Shown here: one piece after another, positions 27,590 through 42,839 of the stretch | Position numbering within the stretch: the stretch's first letter is position 1 | How the letters are laid out: each line of letters begins with the position of its first letter | Assembly: GCF_009914755.1 (NCBI RefSeq) | Contig: NC_060927.1 | Source: the human T2T-CHM13v2.0 reference genome, Homo sapiens | Reading direction: 5' to 3' (one strand) | DNA: 64,000 bases | Program-made: the position numbers and the translations under genes | Notes under the pieces: generated by a model | What the model saw: only the letters and a program-made list of their open reading frames with translations | Database searches by the model: none | What the model was told of the DNA's origin: nothing

Positions 27590-27621
<32 letters not shown>

Positions 27622-27912
27622 TGCCGGGGGAGGGGCGGCCGCCGCCCGCCTGCGCTCAGAGACTCACGCAGCCCCAGTCCCGCCAGTCCGCCAACACAGT
27701 AGTGCCGGCCCCCCTCTTTCCCTGGCCCTGCCCCCCCTCCCCGCCTTTGGCTCGCTCCGCCTTTCTGCCCCCCACCCCCACCTCACGGGTACGGGCCATT
27801 CCCGGCCAGGAAACGCCGTGGCGCCGCGTTGGGCCTAACTCGAGTCCTGCCGCCTCCCGGGAGTGCCGTGCGCCGCAGCCCGGGCCCAGGCCCCGGCAGC
27901 GCCTGGGACAAG
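27550..27912 (+). other. SETD5: SETD5 non-coding exon 1 (TSS approximate)
   Basis: Inr-like TCAGT at 27551; strong donor AAG|gtaagg at 27912/27913. Confidence 0.85.
27591..27620 (+). repeat. (CCG)10 trinucleotide repeat in the SETD5 5'UTR
   Basis: Direct reading; uninterrupted. Confidence 0.95.
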
Positions 27913-30900
27913 GTAAGGGTCCGACAGAAAAGAGACCGAACCTCACGATCGGGCCCCAGGGGAGGGAAGGGTCACCTCCTCCGTCTCCCCGCGCTCGCTC
28001 TCCTTGGGTCGTGGGCCTGGCCCTCCCCAAGCTCTTAGGAGGATGCTGCCACTTCTCACCCCCCTCGCCGCCTTGCACACACCGTTGCAACACCCCATTT
28101 TCCCAGGGAGAGAGATCCCCCTCTAATCTAGGCGACCCAACTCCCCCTTTCATGTTTTTCCTGGGTCAGGACGCTTCCCCTCCCCCAACGCCTCTTCACC
28201 CCCTTTCCTGGGAACTGCCTACTCCACGTTTACCTTTCCCTTGAGGAGAGGCCTCTTGCTGCCCTCCGCTCGAAATACACAGGCATACTTTTTTTCTCTC
28301 CCCGATCCCCCACTCCCTACCCCCGTTCTCGCGGCCTTGTGACAGACAACTCTGATCGCTCTGGGGGCCGCGATCTCCCCTCCGTAATCTTCCTGGACGC
28401 CTTCCCTCTCGTTTTCTGGCTTCCCACCTCAGATGGCTGCTTCCCAAAGGCATTACCTTCGCCACCCCCACCACACGTTCTCTGGCTCCCCGTGGCGTGT
28501 GCCACAGCGTGTCTGAGATAGCCTCGTTGAATGTGTAGGGTTCGAGCCTGGAGTTGAGCCAGATTGTGTCGTTTTACTTGCCTTGGGCGTGGAGAACGAT
28601 CTTGTGAGAATATCTTCAAAGGCAGAAAAATATTCCCTTTATGAATTCTCTTTCCCTCTGCGTGTAAGTCGGGAATGTGAAGAGGAGTGTAGGAAAGAGC
28701 CCTGGTTCAAGTAGGTAAATCGCATGAGAGGGAAAGTTAAACTGTTGGGAAAGCCCCTTCTATGCTAATTGATTCTATAGAGTCCTTGCTTGTCTCACTT
28801 CTTGGGCGTCAGTGGTCTTTCTCTTGGATATGGATGCTGCAGTCAGCTCTGCTGGTCTGGGTCAGGGGTGCGTGTATGACCTGCATTTTCTGCTTTCTCA
28901 TGTTACTTGTGCAATGTATTCACCGGTAACTCATTTCTTTCCCAGACCTCTGGGTTCCACTGGGCTTTGTCTATATTTAAGTTCATTTCTCCAGTTTCCT
29001 TCCTGCACATAGGTACTGAACGAATCCCCAAGTTCTGTGCTAATTACCTTCATCAGTTGACTAAACAAGTTTTTAGATGACATATTTGTGACCAAGGTCA
29101 TATTTACATTTCTTTGTTGGACAGATGTTACATAGCTATACTTGTGATTGGGGAGGATCCAGCTGAGTGGAGTGTGCTGAGCTTTTTAGGAGAGTGTGTA
29201 CTCCCTATTTGAAATTATTTTTTGGTTGTTAATTTTATATTATTAATGTTTTTAGGTCACAGAAAGTTCTAAGTGGTAATTTTAGATGTGTGGGATCTGA
29301 GCTAGGACTAAAGCAGAGAATACCCACGTAATCAGAGGTTTCTGGGCTCCATAGAGGACGTAGGGCTTTTTTTTTTCTATTGGATTTCTTCCAGTTTTCT
29401 CAGGATCATTAGTTCTCTTCTGTAGCCAAAAATTCTGGCCTGTTATGGGATTAGAGTCTTTAAGGTTTACTCAGACTGTCATTATGTGTAGAAAAATGAA
29501 TTATGCCCTTTGGTAGGACATGACACAAGGCTCTGTTTCTAGCTGCAAATTTAAATTAGATTGTAGAGTGCTTGGGAAATTGGCTTTCAAAAGACCAAAG
29601 CTTAATCTTCACTCCTAAACTGCTGGCTTAATTAAAATGGATATTTAGAATTTGGTAAATGTTGATTTTTCTAATAAAAGGCCTTGGTTTAAAAGGGTGA
29701 CCTTAGGATTGTTTCTTTCTTAAAAGCATAATTCCAGCCCTTCTGGCATGGAGCACTGGTCCAAAAAAAAAAAAAAAAGTGTGTGTAAGGAGTGGGGGTG
29801 GGGTAAAGAGAAGGTTGTTCCTTTGGGTTGGATCACGGGTGAGTATACAAGGCAGCAGCAGCTGCTGGCTCTGGAGCTCTGGTTGCTACGTGAGAAGCTT
29901 GAGTAGTGCTGGCTGCTGTCTCCAGGGAAGGACAGCAGTGCAGCGTCCATTAATGCTGCTGGCTGCAGGGAGCAGCACTTAGGCAATGGCTGCTTCAGGA
30001 CTAAGAAGAAACCTTGCTTTTCTGGGAATTTTCACTGCTGAGCTGGTTTGCTTTTTATTGGTGGGGAGATGGGAATTAGTAATTCATAATCTCCTACCCA
30101 TTTATGGATATTGGCATCTGGAAACTGGATCATGGTTAAAGCCTTTCTTTTTTTGTTTGTTTGATTTGATTTTTGTTTTTTGGCAGATTTTTGTTTTTTA
30201 TCTAGACATTTGTGCTTGGATAGGACTAAAAGTTCCATTAGAGTTTTAATTTTTCAATCAGTTTAAAAACCCAAGTAATAATTTTAAGAATCTTTCTGAT
30301 AACCACAATAGGAAGAAAATAACAGGAATTTTTTCCTGCAGCTCACATATCATGCCTTCCTCCATCTCTTTAATCATAGAATCAATTCTTATTATTTTGT
30401 TATGTGTCTCCATCCTTTCGATTAGACCACATTTACCTTATAGACGATTTGCTAAACATTTTACTAAGCTTGAACTCTTAAACTCTAAAAAGGTGCCATT
30501 TTGGAGTGGTTTCTAAATAAATATTTTTAATTTGTATATTAGTAATAAACTTCTCCAGATTAGATATTTTCTTTGGAGTTTGACTTATAAGATTGATTCA
30601 TTATATACATGTTGGATATAGCCTTCTGACATCACAAATATATGTCTTTGGCCATAATCCATCTGAAATGTAGGACAGACCAGAAGAAATATGCAGAAAT
30701 CGAATAAGTCTAGTTCAGGATACTGAGAAGATGGCCTCTGAGCCCCTTAGGTGATCTCCCCTCCCCCACAACTCCTGAACATTAGGATGATCTCTGATTA
30801 AGCAAAACAGTCTGAGCGTGGAAAAACTTGAAGGAGAACCACCACCACCAATTATATGCAATACTGGACATATTCCTGTGTGCTGTTTTTCTTCCCCAAG

Positions 30901-33900
30901 ACTCGTGTATCCTATACTTTTTTCTCTCAGAATTTTGATTTGTTCATTTTCGTGTAAATGTACTTAAATCTCACAAACATCTATAATTTGTAGTATCACT
31001 CTGGCATTTGTGGCAGAGAACCAAAAAGAATGGAAATGAGTTTTGTCATTCACAAATGTGGCTCACATTGTTTTCCCAGTAATAAAAGCAGACCAATGAA
31101 ACAGAACCTTTAATGGATACTATTTTAGGAGGTTCCAATTCTTATTACTATCACATAGATAAGATGCAATAGCAGATAAATATGATTTCATGTATACTGG
31201 CTGTTTGACATACTTAGGGTTTAAGATAAAAATGTTTGTAGTTTTTTACTCTGTGGCTTAAGTTGCTATATAAAATAATTGCTTTTACACTCGAATTTCC
31301 TGTTGTTTGGAACCTTTTGTGCTCTTGATATTATCATTTTTTAGAGGATCATACAGGCCCTTTTCATAGAAGGATTTACTTAAGTTATACCCTTGAAAAC
31401 TTTTTTATATCTTTTGATACTGTTTTGTGTCCAGGAACTGACTTTCTGAAATTATTCTGGCTTTTCTGGGGAGAATGACTATTTCATTTTTACCTTTGAA
31501 TGGGGAAATAATAAAGTGCAAAGTACAGATTTGCAGATAATTACTTTTGCTTTATCCTCTCCATGTTGAAATAACTTATGAAAAATTAGGCCATAGTTAA
31601 CAGCAGTCAATGACTATTGGATACATTTTATCAGAGGGGAACTGGATCATGAATAAAATAAAATTTTAAAAATAATTTTTGGCTGAACTCTGGTGATTCA
31701 TCAGTTTAATTTGAAGTCAGAAGGTCTAGCAGTGAATTTTATTTATAAAAATTGTATTTCAAGTGTTGAAAACTGAAACTTCTTGACCAGTATATTTTGT
31801 TTGAGGCATCAAACTTTGCAAAATGTGCATCGTATATTTAGTGATATAACTGGTAGTCATTTGTAATTTAAAGTATTCTTTCAAAGGCACTCTTTAGAAA
31901 GTAATGTAGTGTACCCGTGATGGGCAGGGATTGGTACCATTCCTTACTGCCAAAAATTCCAAAATATGTGGCAAAATGATTGATTTATCTTGTGGGTGGG
32001 ATTCTGGGAAGTTCATGAAAGGTGGAGAGAATATAGTTTCCTTCACTTGTCTATATACATTTTGTTAAATAAGTCTTAGGAAAACTGTTTTATTGTATCT
32101 TTAATTATGAATTGCGTAAAAGATACCCAGTAACTTTGGGGGGAGGTGCTGTTAGAAAGCATTACATTGGAGAGAATTCCCCTACCCTGGGACAAAATGC
32201 ATTCTGTCTTTAATACTTAGCGAAGGGAACTATGGGATAAAATAAACAATGAAGGTAAGCTCAGTCTGCTTTATATGTGCCCTCACTGAGCAAGGAATTT
32301 GTAATCGCATCGTGCCTCATTCGTTTATACCATCATATTGATTTTGTTTGCTGAGTACCTGAGGGAATACCTTACTTAATGTAAGGTCACATTAAGTATG
32401 TTTGATATGAAGACAGGGAAAGGAATTTTCTGCTTCTTGGAGTAATGTCTTAGTATTTTTAAAACACTTAAGTTTTTACATCAGGCCAGTTTTGCCTGAT
32501 GCTCATGTCTGTTGCTTTGGTTGGGCTGCTGCTTTCTCTTCTGTGTTCTTATGGGTTCGTTGTGGTATAAGGATTCCCACAGCTTTCATGGCAGTATGAA
32601 GTAATGAGAAGCATTGCCTTAGCCATGTTAGTTACATGTATACTTTTGGCCTATGTTATGAATCACAAAAAGCGGTAGCTATAGGAATGTATACAAAATA
32701 GATTTCTGTCTGGGGAATCAAGTTTTTGATTTGTGCTACCTAATGGAGGGGAAAATGCTGAATTTCTTGCTGCTCTGTTTGAGAAATAGATGGAAGCATG
32801 GGAGGAGCCAGAGACCTCTGCAGCAGGATTTGGTCTAAGTAGAAAAGGAAGATTTTTGTTTCAAATTGCCAGCTGCTTATGTCAGACTGACTCCCTTATT
32901 ATGCCTCCAGTAGGCCTGTCAATATGGCCAAACAGCTAGATAAGTGCGGGGCAGGACAAAGGGCTCTTTGCACAGCAGGGAGGCAATGTTGGTGGGGGAG
33001 GGGCAGGAGGTAGGAAAGGCAAGAGGAGGAGGTTCTTTTCCCTGGGAGATTATTCAGTTTGGCATACAATTAAAGAAATCATTTTTAGTTCCCACTCAAG
33101 CATTGAATTTTTGCCAACCACATACTATTAACCCCAAATTTGATACATTTCAGAATATCTTGTAGGGATCCATTCTCGCCAAGGAAAAATAAAAAAATAA
33201 ATAAAGCTCTGTATAGGTTAAAATAAAATAAATCCCACACTCTGCACCCTCCTAGGTGCAAGTCACCTCCCGAGGAGACCCGTTCTAGAGCTGAATTCTC
33301 ATTAAGAAATGGAAAAGAATACTCTATCTGAATAAAAACACATTGTAATACAATGTGTTTATTTGGGTTGGGATTGGACCTGAACATGTAGAATAATTTG
33401 TTTCCCTTTATGAAATAGTTGCTCGTAGTTGTCTACAATTTTATTTCATTAAGATAGGTAGCACATTACAGCTTTCATGTGTTGGGTTGCCATATGTAAA
33501 ATGCTAACTGAAGAAAGGCTACTTTTTAATTTCAGCCTCATCCTTAGTTCCTGGAGAACCTGATATTTCCTGGAGATTACTCCCTCCCCCACCTTTTAGT
33601 TTAGGCAACCTCTTTTGATACATTTGTGTTCAGCTCGCATACAAGTGGGATAGTTGCATCCAGTTTATTAAGACTTAGTATGAATCATAGAGTTGGAAAA
33701 GATCTGTTGGTTATCTGGTCCTTTAAACCAAAATCATAATGAAATATTTTGAAATTTGGGTCCCTATTGAAGTTTTCATTAAAATGTTAAAGGATCGGTG
33801 TTCTGAACAACATTTTTAGTTACTTTTAAAATAAATGTTTTGCGTCAGTTCTTTTTTTAAAAATAAAGAATTTCATTTATAGGCAAATTAGCTGGCAATT

Positions 33901-36340
33901 ATTTGAATTGTGATAGGATTTCTCTTTTATGAAGGAATATATGACAAGGTTTTTCAAAATGCTTAATATATTTTAAAAGACTTTAATTTTTAGAAATAAT
34001 TGGTTTGAACAGTTTTCCAAGAGCACATTTGTTGCTTGGGTTGAGGTACCACCTATATTGCAATGTTACTAAACTAGCCTTAAAGTTTTCCCTTCTGTCT
34101 ATACTGCATGCAACAATAAAGGGAACTGGAATGTTAATTTCCATTTATGGATTAGCAGAGGAGATGTTTTAACCGATTAATAACCAAAAAACTGCCTTTC
34201 GTACACGTAATATTAAGCAAGCCTGACCAAGTTTTGTGTTATTTCTCTCTGTTAAAGAAAACTGGATGTGTTACTACTTAACATTATATTGTTATTTAAT
34301 GGTCTTGGCAGTAATGATATAATATTTCGACCAAAAGAAATTTTGAGTAATTAATTATTATTGTAATTAGTTGGAAGTTTCTCATCAGTAAAATAGCAAC
34401 AGCATTAACACAAAATCTAGTGAGCTATATTTTATATTACTACAGAAATTTAGGGTAGTCATTTCTTTCTTTATAATTTATTCACATGGATTATTTCCAT
34501 AAATTTGTGGGACTAAAATAGAAGCCATCTAGTCAAGCACCAGTCTCCATACCAGACAGTTTTCTCTGCATGTGCTATGACCCACATTGCCAGTATTAAA
34601 CATCCTTTACACCCTCCCCCTTCCCAGATAATTAGAAATCTCTTCAGGGTAGCTTCCATTGCTCCTATTACCTGGATCTTGCTAGAGGCTCTAAGAAGTT
34701 CCTGGTAAAAGTGAGACAGTAAGGGACCACATTTTGATTCCAAAGGTTTTGATAACTGTTAGGGCTCCCCAAACAGCTAATCTCATTTTCACCAAGACTT
34801 AGCCAGCAGAGGGCTGGAATGGAGGTGAAACACAAGCACTGTACCTCATCTTGCCTGTGCAGCTGCTCCACCTTATTTCCTGCTATTATTATCTCACAAC
34901 GCCTCCTCCCATCAAAAAGAAACTAGGACAAAGGGGGAAAATTGGATGGGCTAATGTGATTTTTATTATGCTAGGTTGTGGGCTTGTTTATATGTACTTA
35001 AATACAAAGCTAATTTGCCCCATTCTTAAAAGTCTTTAGTGATAGAGATTTTGTAACTTCTGTATCTTCTACTTTCTTTCTTGATAAACCATTTCAGATT
35101 CTCAGCCTTACAGAAAGAAAGGTTTTAAGCATACTTAATTTTCGTTGGCCGTTCACAGTCATTATTACCACCAGATGCCACTGTATTATTAGCTTGAAGA
35201 AAGGTGGGCTCTCTTCTGTACATAATATCTGCAATTTGTTTTGGAAAATACTAATTTGTATAAATCTGATTTATGACTAAAATAAGGTTAAAAATTAGAC
35301 CTCTATGTATGTTTACCCTATTACCTTAGTGGGGGTGAAATTAATTAGCTCTTTGAACATAAATTTTTCATGTCTTAGAGTTCTTTTTTCAAGCTGCATA
35401 ATTTATGTTCTTCAAGCCATTTTTATCCCATACCACCCCCACAAAGGGGGAAATTTTATTTTTTATCATTTTTATTGTCTTTCAATGGTGAGATTTTCGC
35501 CACCCCACTCCTGAAATGTGAAGACTCAAATAAAACTGAGTAATCTAATAAGGTATATGCGTTGCTGAATGTAGTAAGATGATTGTTTCATCATTCTTAG
35601 ATATTATGATCTAGTTTGAATCTGGTTTCCAGTATCATGTTAGCATATTTAATACTGTTGATATGTTAATTTTAATACATGCCCAGGTGGATCTCCTTGC
35701 TTTCTATTTGTGCCCCTTGTTTGTCGTTTTGTATGAAGGGGGTTTTTGTTGTTGGATTTTCTTCCCCATCTCTGTGTCCTGTTATGTTCTTTGGCTTATG
35801 TTTCAAAAATTCTGTTTCCTACCACCAACCTCTGTACATGCCACAACACATACAATTTGTACTTTCACAGTTTCTGTGAAGTAGGATGATCTGCAGTTAA
35901 TAATCAACTGTTTGGGCATTCTTGGTATCCAAGGAAGGTTTTACTTAGAAGGAAGAACCTGGAAGGACCTGTTGGCAATTAGACTACTTCTGCGTTTATT
36001 TTACATTTTCCCTTATTAACGTAGGCTGTTGAGAGTTGACTTGTTTTATAAGAGAAACCAGATTGACAGAGAAGACCCCCAATCAGATAGAGTTATTTTA
36101 AAAATAAATGTGTTTATTATGGTAACATTTGGGGTAGAATCTAAAGGGCATATTTTTAAAAAAACTTTTAGTTCTAAAGACAAAAGAGTTTAACCTAAAA
36201 CAGAACAAAGAGAAGGGCCTTTGAAGCAGTATGATTGATTATATGCTGAATGTAGCATTAGAATGTTGTATGAAAGCATAAATTTTTATTTTCTCAATTT
36301 CTATGGTACAAACTACTATGCCCATGGAAGTATGTGTTTA

Positions 36341-36622
<282 letters not shown>

Positions 36623-36977
36623 CTAGACAAATTTAGTGTTATTTGTGGCAAATAGAACTTTAATGTCGTAATTTAGTAATAGAACAAAATAAGGGTGGGT
36701 TTACATGTCCCTGCACATTTTAGGATGGAGCTAAAAATTATAATGTCTGCATACCAAATTGTTACACATTTTAATATTGGGGCTTTTATTGAAAAAGTTT
36801 ACCCAATATTTAGAAACCTTTAAAAACAAAGTGACATAAAATATTCACAGATAAATCAGGTAGTCACCTTATTGGTGGCATATTATGTAAGTGTACTAAA
36901 GCCAGATATTTAGTGTTAATCCAAAAATATGAAAATTATGCTAACATCATATACAGATCTCAGAAGTTGCTGTAGCC

Positions 36978-37310
<333 letters not shown>

Positions 37311-37650
37311 CTAGGCCATGTGTGGAGTCCCAGGGGAAGACATGTATTTTTAGAGAAGGAAGGCTCTAGGTAGGTGTAACCTTCCTCTTACAGTTTATCA
37401 TGAACAGTTAGTATGAAAAGGAATGGCTGGAAGTTTGCAGTAGTACACCGAGCAACAAGAGAAATAAACATATCCCACTTCATGAAATGACTATGCCAGC
37501 CAAGGGAGATGAAAAACAATTTTTTTTATAGTACACCTCATTTTTTTAAAAACACTTTAATACTAGGAATATGTTTCTGTGGCAAATAGTTACCCCCAAA
37601 GGATTATGTCAAATATCTCTTGTGAAAATTAATTTTAAAATTAATCTTTT

Positions 37651-37945
<295 letters not shown>

Positions 37946-38689
37946 TTAATCTTGTGTAGATAGTGACCACGTTTTACTTTCCTTGGGACAGTCCTGGTTT
38001 ATACCTGCTATCCTAGCGTAATTAGTAATAGCACCCGTTTCACTCTCAAAAATGTCTCAATTTGGATCATAAATTATACGCTTACCATAATTGTAGAGGA
38101 TTGTGAGACTTTTAGTCGCTACCTAGCAACCTAGTTTTTCTTGATAGAGCTCTTCTTATTCTGGAGTCTCCTGTGCTGCGATTTATCTGTTGACCTCTCT
38201 GAACCCCCATTTCCAAATGAGCAGTTTTTCGAATGTCTTTTTTCTTTTCCCATTAGGTGGTAGTAAGGGAAGGAGTAGGTATAGATTTGATTAATTTTTT
38301 AATTTTTTATTATTAAAAACTCCAATTACTACAAAATAGAAAAATACTTTGGAGTTTATTAAACTGTTAGTTTAAAAGGTTCCATTTGATCAGGATAAGG
38401 TCCATACCTTGATTGGTAAGTTTGAGTCTTTATAGATTCTGTTTTTTCCATGTAGGATTCTTGTTAAAGAAATTCATTATTTTGTGGAGTTCGTACTCTG
38501 GATTTTGAAGGTTGGATAATCATTTAACACATTCCTCTATTAAACAACCTCCCCCCACCTGTATTTCATGTAAATTACTGCTTAGATAGATTGTAAGCAT
38601 ATTTTATAATAGTACTGTGTATTTCCATTAAGAGTTACATAATTTCTGCTTGTCTGTGTAATGTTAAGCAGCTGTTGTTATTCATTGCC

Positions 38690-39120
38690 TAGATCAAACT
38701 TTGTGGTCTTAAAAATTGAAGACCTGGAAGAGCTTTTGTTTGTGTGAATTATGTCAAGATTTACCATATTAGAAACTAAAACTGAGAAAAATTTTAAGTT
38801 ATTTATTAATATTAAAATAACAGTAATAAAGCCTGCTAATACAAGTAATGTGATTTTTTAATAAAAATAACATTTTTAATTTTATAAGTGTCGTTTGACA
38901 TTTTTGCAAATCTCTTTAATGTCTGACTTAATAGAAGACAGCTGCTTTCTCATAACTCCTTCTGCATTTAATTTCTTGTGATAAGTTGTTTTGGTTGAAG
39001 ACTGAAGAAAATCTGGCCTTGTACAGATAATTGGTTGGAAAATGGAAGACCTCATATAACCCTCTGACAGAATCTAGAGGACTTCAGGCATTCTCACACC
39101 ACCCTTTTTGAGAATCACTG
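38690..39120. mobile_element. Charlie1b-type non-autonomous hAT element
   Basis: tcaaactttgtggtct..gcaaatctctttaatgtctgacttaatagaagacagctg..tttgagaatcactg. Confidence 0.75.
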
Positions 39121-39955
39121 GCCTATATTCATGATTTACTTCATATTAGATGATATTTTCTTACTTCTTCATTTATTGTCCGGAATACTCACCCTTATTT
39201 TTATTTGGCTATACTAAGATAGTTTATATACAGAAGGTAAGATAAGCACTTGGGTTTTTTACCCCCTTATTTACTAGTTTTCAAAATAATGGGTTGGTAA
39301 CTTAGCAACATCTAAAGACGTGAATGAAGTATTATTATTGTGTACTCATGGTTTTAAACATGTTTGATATGTTACAGTCTCTGGCAGTTACTATTTTTGA
39401 CATTCAGGTTGTCCTACCTTTGTCTGTTGGCTACTAAATTCTTTTGATTCATTCTTAATACTTTCCTCACTTGTTTCCTTGCTTCCTACTATTACTAGAT
39501 GTTCTAGGATAATTTTGTACATTTTTTGCCCCAAACCTGGAATCAGCCATTTCTGCAGAAACCTCTTCATTCTTTTAATGAAAAATGGTACTTAGAAACC
39601 ACAGTATGGATGGTAGGAGTGTTCATTGCTCTTGGTTTGGGCCTTGTTTCTAGATTTTTCAATGAACAAAGTTTAAAAGTATTTTATTTCTTTTTAAAAA
39701 TATCACTTGGTATTTTAAAAGCTGCATTTCAAACTCAGTGCTACATGATGTTTACGTAAACCTAATCTTTCTCCCTTTCCCCATGCCCAAAATCTCAGTT
39801 TTCACTAACACCAATGTAATTTCTCTTTGTTTTGTGCCACAATACACACACTACAGTTTTAGTGTGACAGAACAATATGATTACTGGAAAGTGGCTTTTT
39901 GTTTTGTTTTCTCATGTCTTTTTGCCCTTAGGGTATATCCCTTTAGAGATAGAGA

Positions 39956-40313
39956 TAGTCATGCCTCACTTGATGAGGATATTTTCTGAGAAATGTGTTG
40001 TCAGGTGATTTCGTCATTGTGTGAACATCTAGAATGTACTAACATAAACCTAGATGGTACACCTAAGCTATATGGTATAGCCCATTGCTCTTAGGCTACA
40101 AATCTGTGCAGCATGTGACCACTGGATACTATACGCAGTTGTAACACAGTGGTAAGCATTTGTGTATCTGAAAATGGAAAAGATAAAGTAAACATACGGT
40201 ATAAAAGATAAAAAATGGTACACCTTTGTAGGGCAGCTCCATTACAGTCTTATGGGATCATTATCATATGTGGTCCATCCTTGACTGAAATGTCGTTATG
40301 TGGCACATGACCA
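39956..40313 (+). mobile_element. Tigger3/MER7-type MITE
   Basis: agtcatg..ttctgagaaatgtgtt..taggctacaaa..gcacatgac; homologous to the 5577-5902 element. Confidence 0.8.
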
Positions 40314-40785
40314 TATATAGTCAGATTACAGTATTTTGAAATCCCCCTTAGAATAGTTCTCTATGGTTGTGCCACCAGTTTGATACACAGTGAGGTTAAT
40401 TTGTTACATTTTACTTTCAGATTTTTCAGGGATTAGGTTTTGTTTTATGATTATGTAAAATACTTAAATGGTTAATAAGTGAAATTTACGAAGCTGGGTA
40501 TAATCAGAAAAATTGAGCTTCTATCCTAGTGTCTTCCAGCTGGTTCTCTCCCTGTCCCTGTATGTTAGACTCAACAGAGTCATCATGAATTTTCAGAGTG
40601 ATGTTTTGTCGATACTTCCCCTTTTAGCAGAAGAAGCATTTAGGTTAGTTCATTTACTAAAACTATTTCCTTCTAGATTTTTCACTAACTAATATTTTTA
40701 CACTGTAGAAGAGGAATGTGGAAATTTCTGTTCTTTCTTTTTTGGAACCAGAATTTCTTGGCTTAATACAAGCAGTTTGAGATAA

Positions 40786-41077
<292 letters not shown>

Positions 41078-42318
41078 AAAATTCTCTCTCTTGAAATGCC
41101 AGACCATGTTTGTCTCTGGGAATTTCAGGTACACTTGGGACACTGGTGCTACTTGAAGTGTAGAGAGCTCATCAGTTAACATTTCTTGAATGGTTTGCCC
41201 TTAGACCTGAAATGTATGTTATTTAGAAAGGATGTCATATATTTTTTAACTTTGTCATTTAAAATCCAAGTTATTTGATTTTATGTGTTTTAAATAAAAT
41301 ATTAAAACTTTAAAAGTCTTGTACCTGTTAAATGTTTTATCCTTCCTAATTACAGTATCTTAAAGTTATCACATTTCAGCAATACGTCACTTTCTAATGA
41401 CTAATATAGTCTTTAAAAATACTAAATCAAGATATACCAAAGGTGAAGAAATAGTGATTAAGAATGTGAGGATTCTAGCTGTGGTTTTCTTGCTTTGGCT
41501 TTGGCCAAGATGAGTTTAATTCTTTGGTCTAATAGGAATAATACTTTTCTCCTAAACATTATGAGCATTATTTGAGTTAATGCATGAAAAGTGGTTAAAG
41601 GAACAGTGGCTGGTGCAACATAAGCATCCAGTAAATGCTGCCTTTATTTTGGAAGTGGTTATTGTTACGAGTATTTGATCAGTTCTCTAAACTCTGTCTG
41701 AACTTTACTTAGAATTAGTAATGTTCATATGCTGTAAATAACACCTGATTTTCAATACTTCATTGGTTATATGAAAAGAACCAACTGTTAACAAAGGAAT
41801 AATTGGTATCTAGTTAAAATTTGAGGCCTCTGACTTCACAAGTATACCAGTGCTTACTATATAAATATAATCACATTTAAAAATTTAATAAAGAAAGTTT
41901 TAAGGAAGTAAGTCTCCTTTTCAGGATCCAGGGTCCTTTACAAACACTGGATCCTGAAATTGTATTATTTGTTGTGGCTTTAGGGTATTGTGTATGCTGA
42001 CCAGAGTCACAGGTGGTTTTTTTGTTTGTTTAACACTAGAATTTTGAGATACATTTGTCTTTACATGCCCTCAAAGTAAGTTATATAACACCAGATTGTT
42101 CATTAGTTCAGGTTTGATTTTTTTGTTGTTGTTTTTTGTTTTTCTTTTTAATACTCTGGGGTTGGAGTGAGGTTGTAGAGTGCTATAAGGAATTCCTATT
42201 AGAAGATAGTATTTTAGATATGGGCATTCTAGGAAAGGACAAAATGGTACACTAAAGTTATCTTCCCTTTTCCCCCACCACCAAAAAAATAAGGAGCAAA
42301 CTACAGTGCACAGTTTTG

Positions 42319-42320
<2 letters not shown>

Positions 42321-42356
<36 letters not shown>

Positions 42357-42643
42357 ACAAGGTCCTACTCTGTCGCCCAGGCTAGAGTGCAGTAGCACAA
42401 TCATTGTTCATTGTAACCTTGAACCACTGGGCTCAAGCAGTCCTCCCACCTCAACCTCCAGTGTAGCTAGGACTACAGGTATGTGCTACCACACCCAGCT
42501 AATTTTTTAAAAAATATCTTGTACAGGTGGGGGTCTCACTGTGTTGCCCAGGCTGGTCTTGATTGAACTCCTGGCCTCAAGTGGTCTCATACCTCAGCCT
42601 CCCAAAGCTCTGGGTTTACAGGCATAAGCCATCAGGCCCAGCC
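42321..42643 (-). mobile_element. Alu (AluJ-like)
   Basis: Poly-T plus reverse Alu. Confidence 0.9.
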
Positions 42644-42839
42644 CACATTTTGTTTTTTAAACAAGTCTTTATCTTTTGGAGATACATGCTGAAATATTTA
42701 TGGATGAAATGAAATGTTATCTGGGGTTTGCTTTAGATAGAGAGGAGATAATAGATGAAACAATCAACTTATTAGTTGGTCATTGTCGATACTAGATAAT
42801 GAATAAATGGACTTCTTTATACCATTTTACTTTCATACT

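Larger units (their letters stand above)
26100..28500. promoter_or_regulatory. CpG island and bidirectional promoter of SETD5 (+) and THUMPD3-AS1/ROSA26 (-)
   Basis: High GC and CpG; CCAAT boxes at 27437 (reverse), 27453 and 27483; GC boxes 27464-27477; ETS CCGGAAG at 27095; YY1-like CGCCATTT at 27034. Confidence 0.93.

Noticed and set aside
26244-28619. Long Pro/Arg/Gly-rich ORFs on both strands (up to 268 aa)
   Set aside because: Expected from stop-codon scarcity in a CpG island; many use non-ATG starts and cross the SETD5 exon 1 donor
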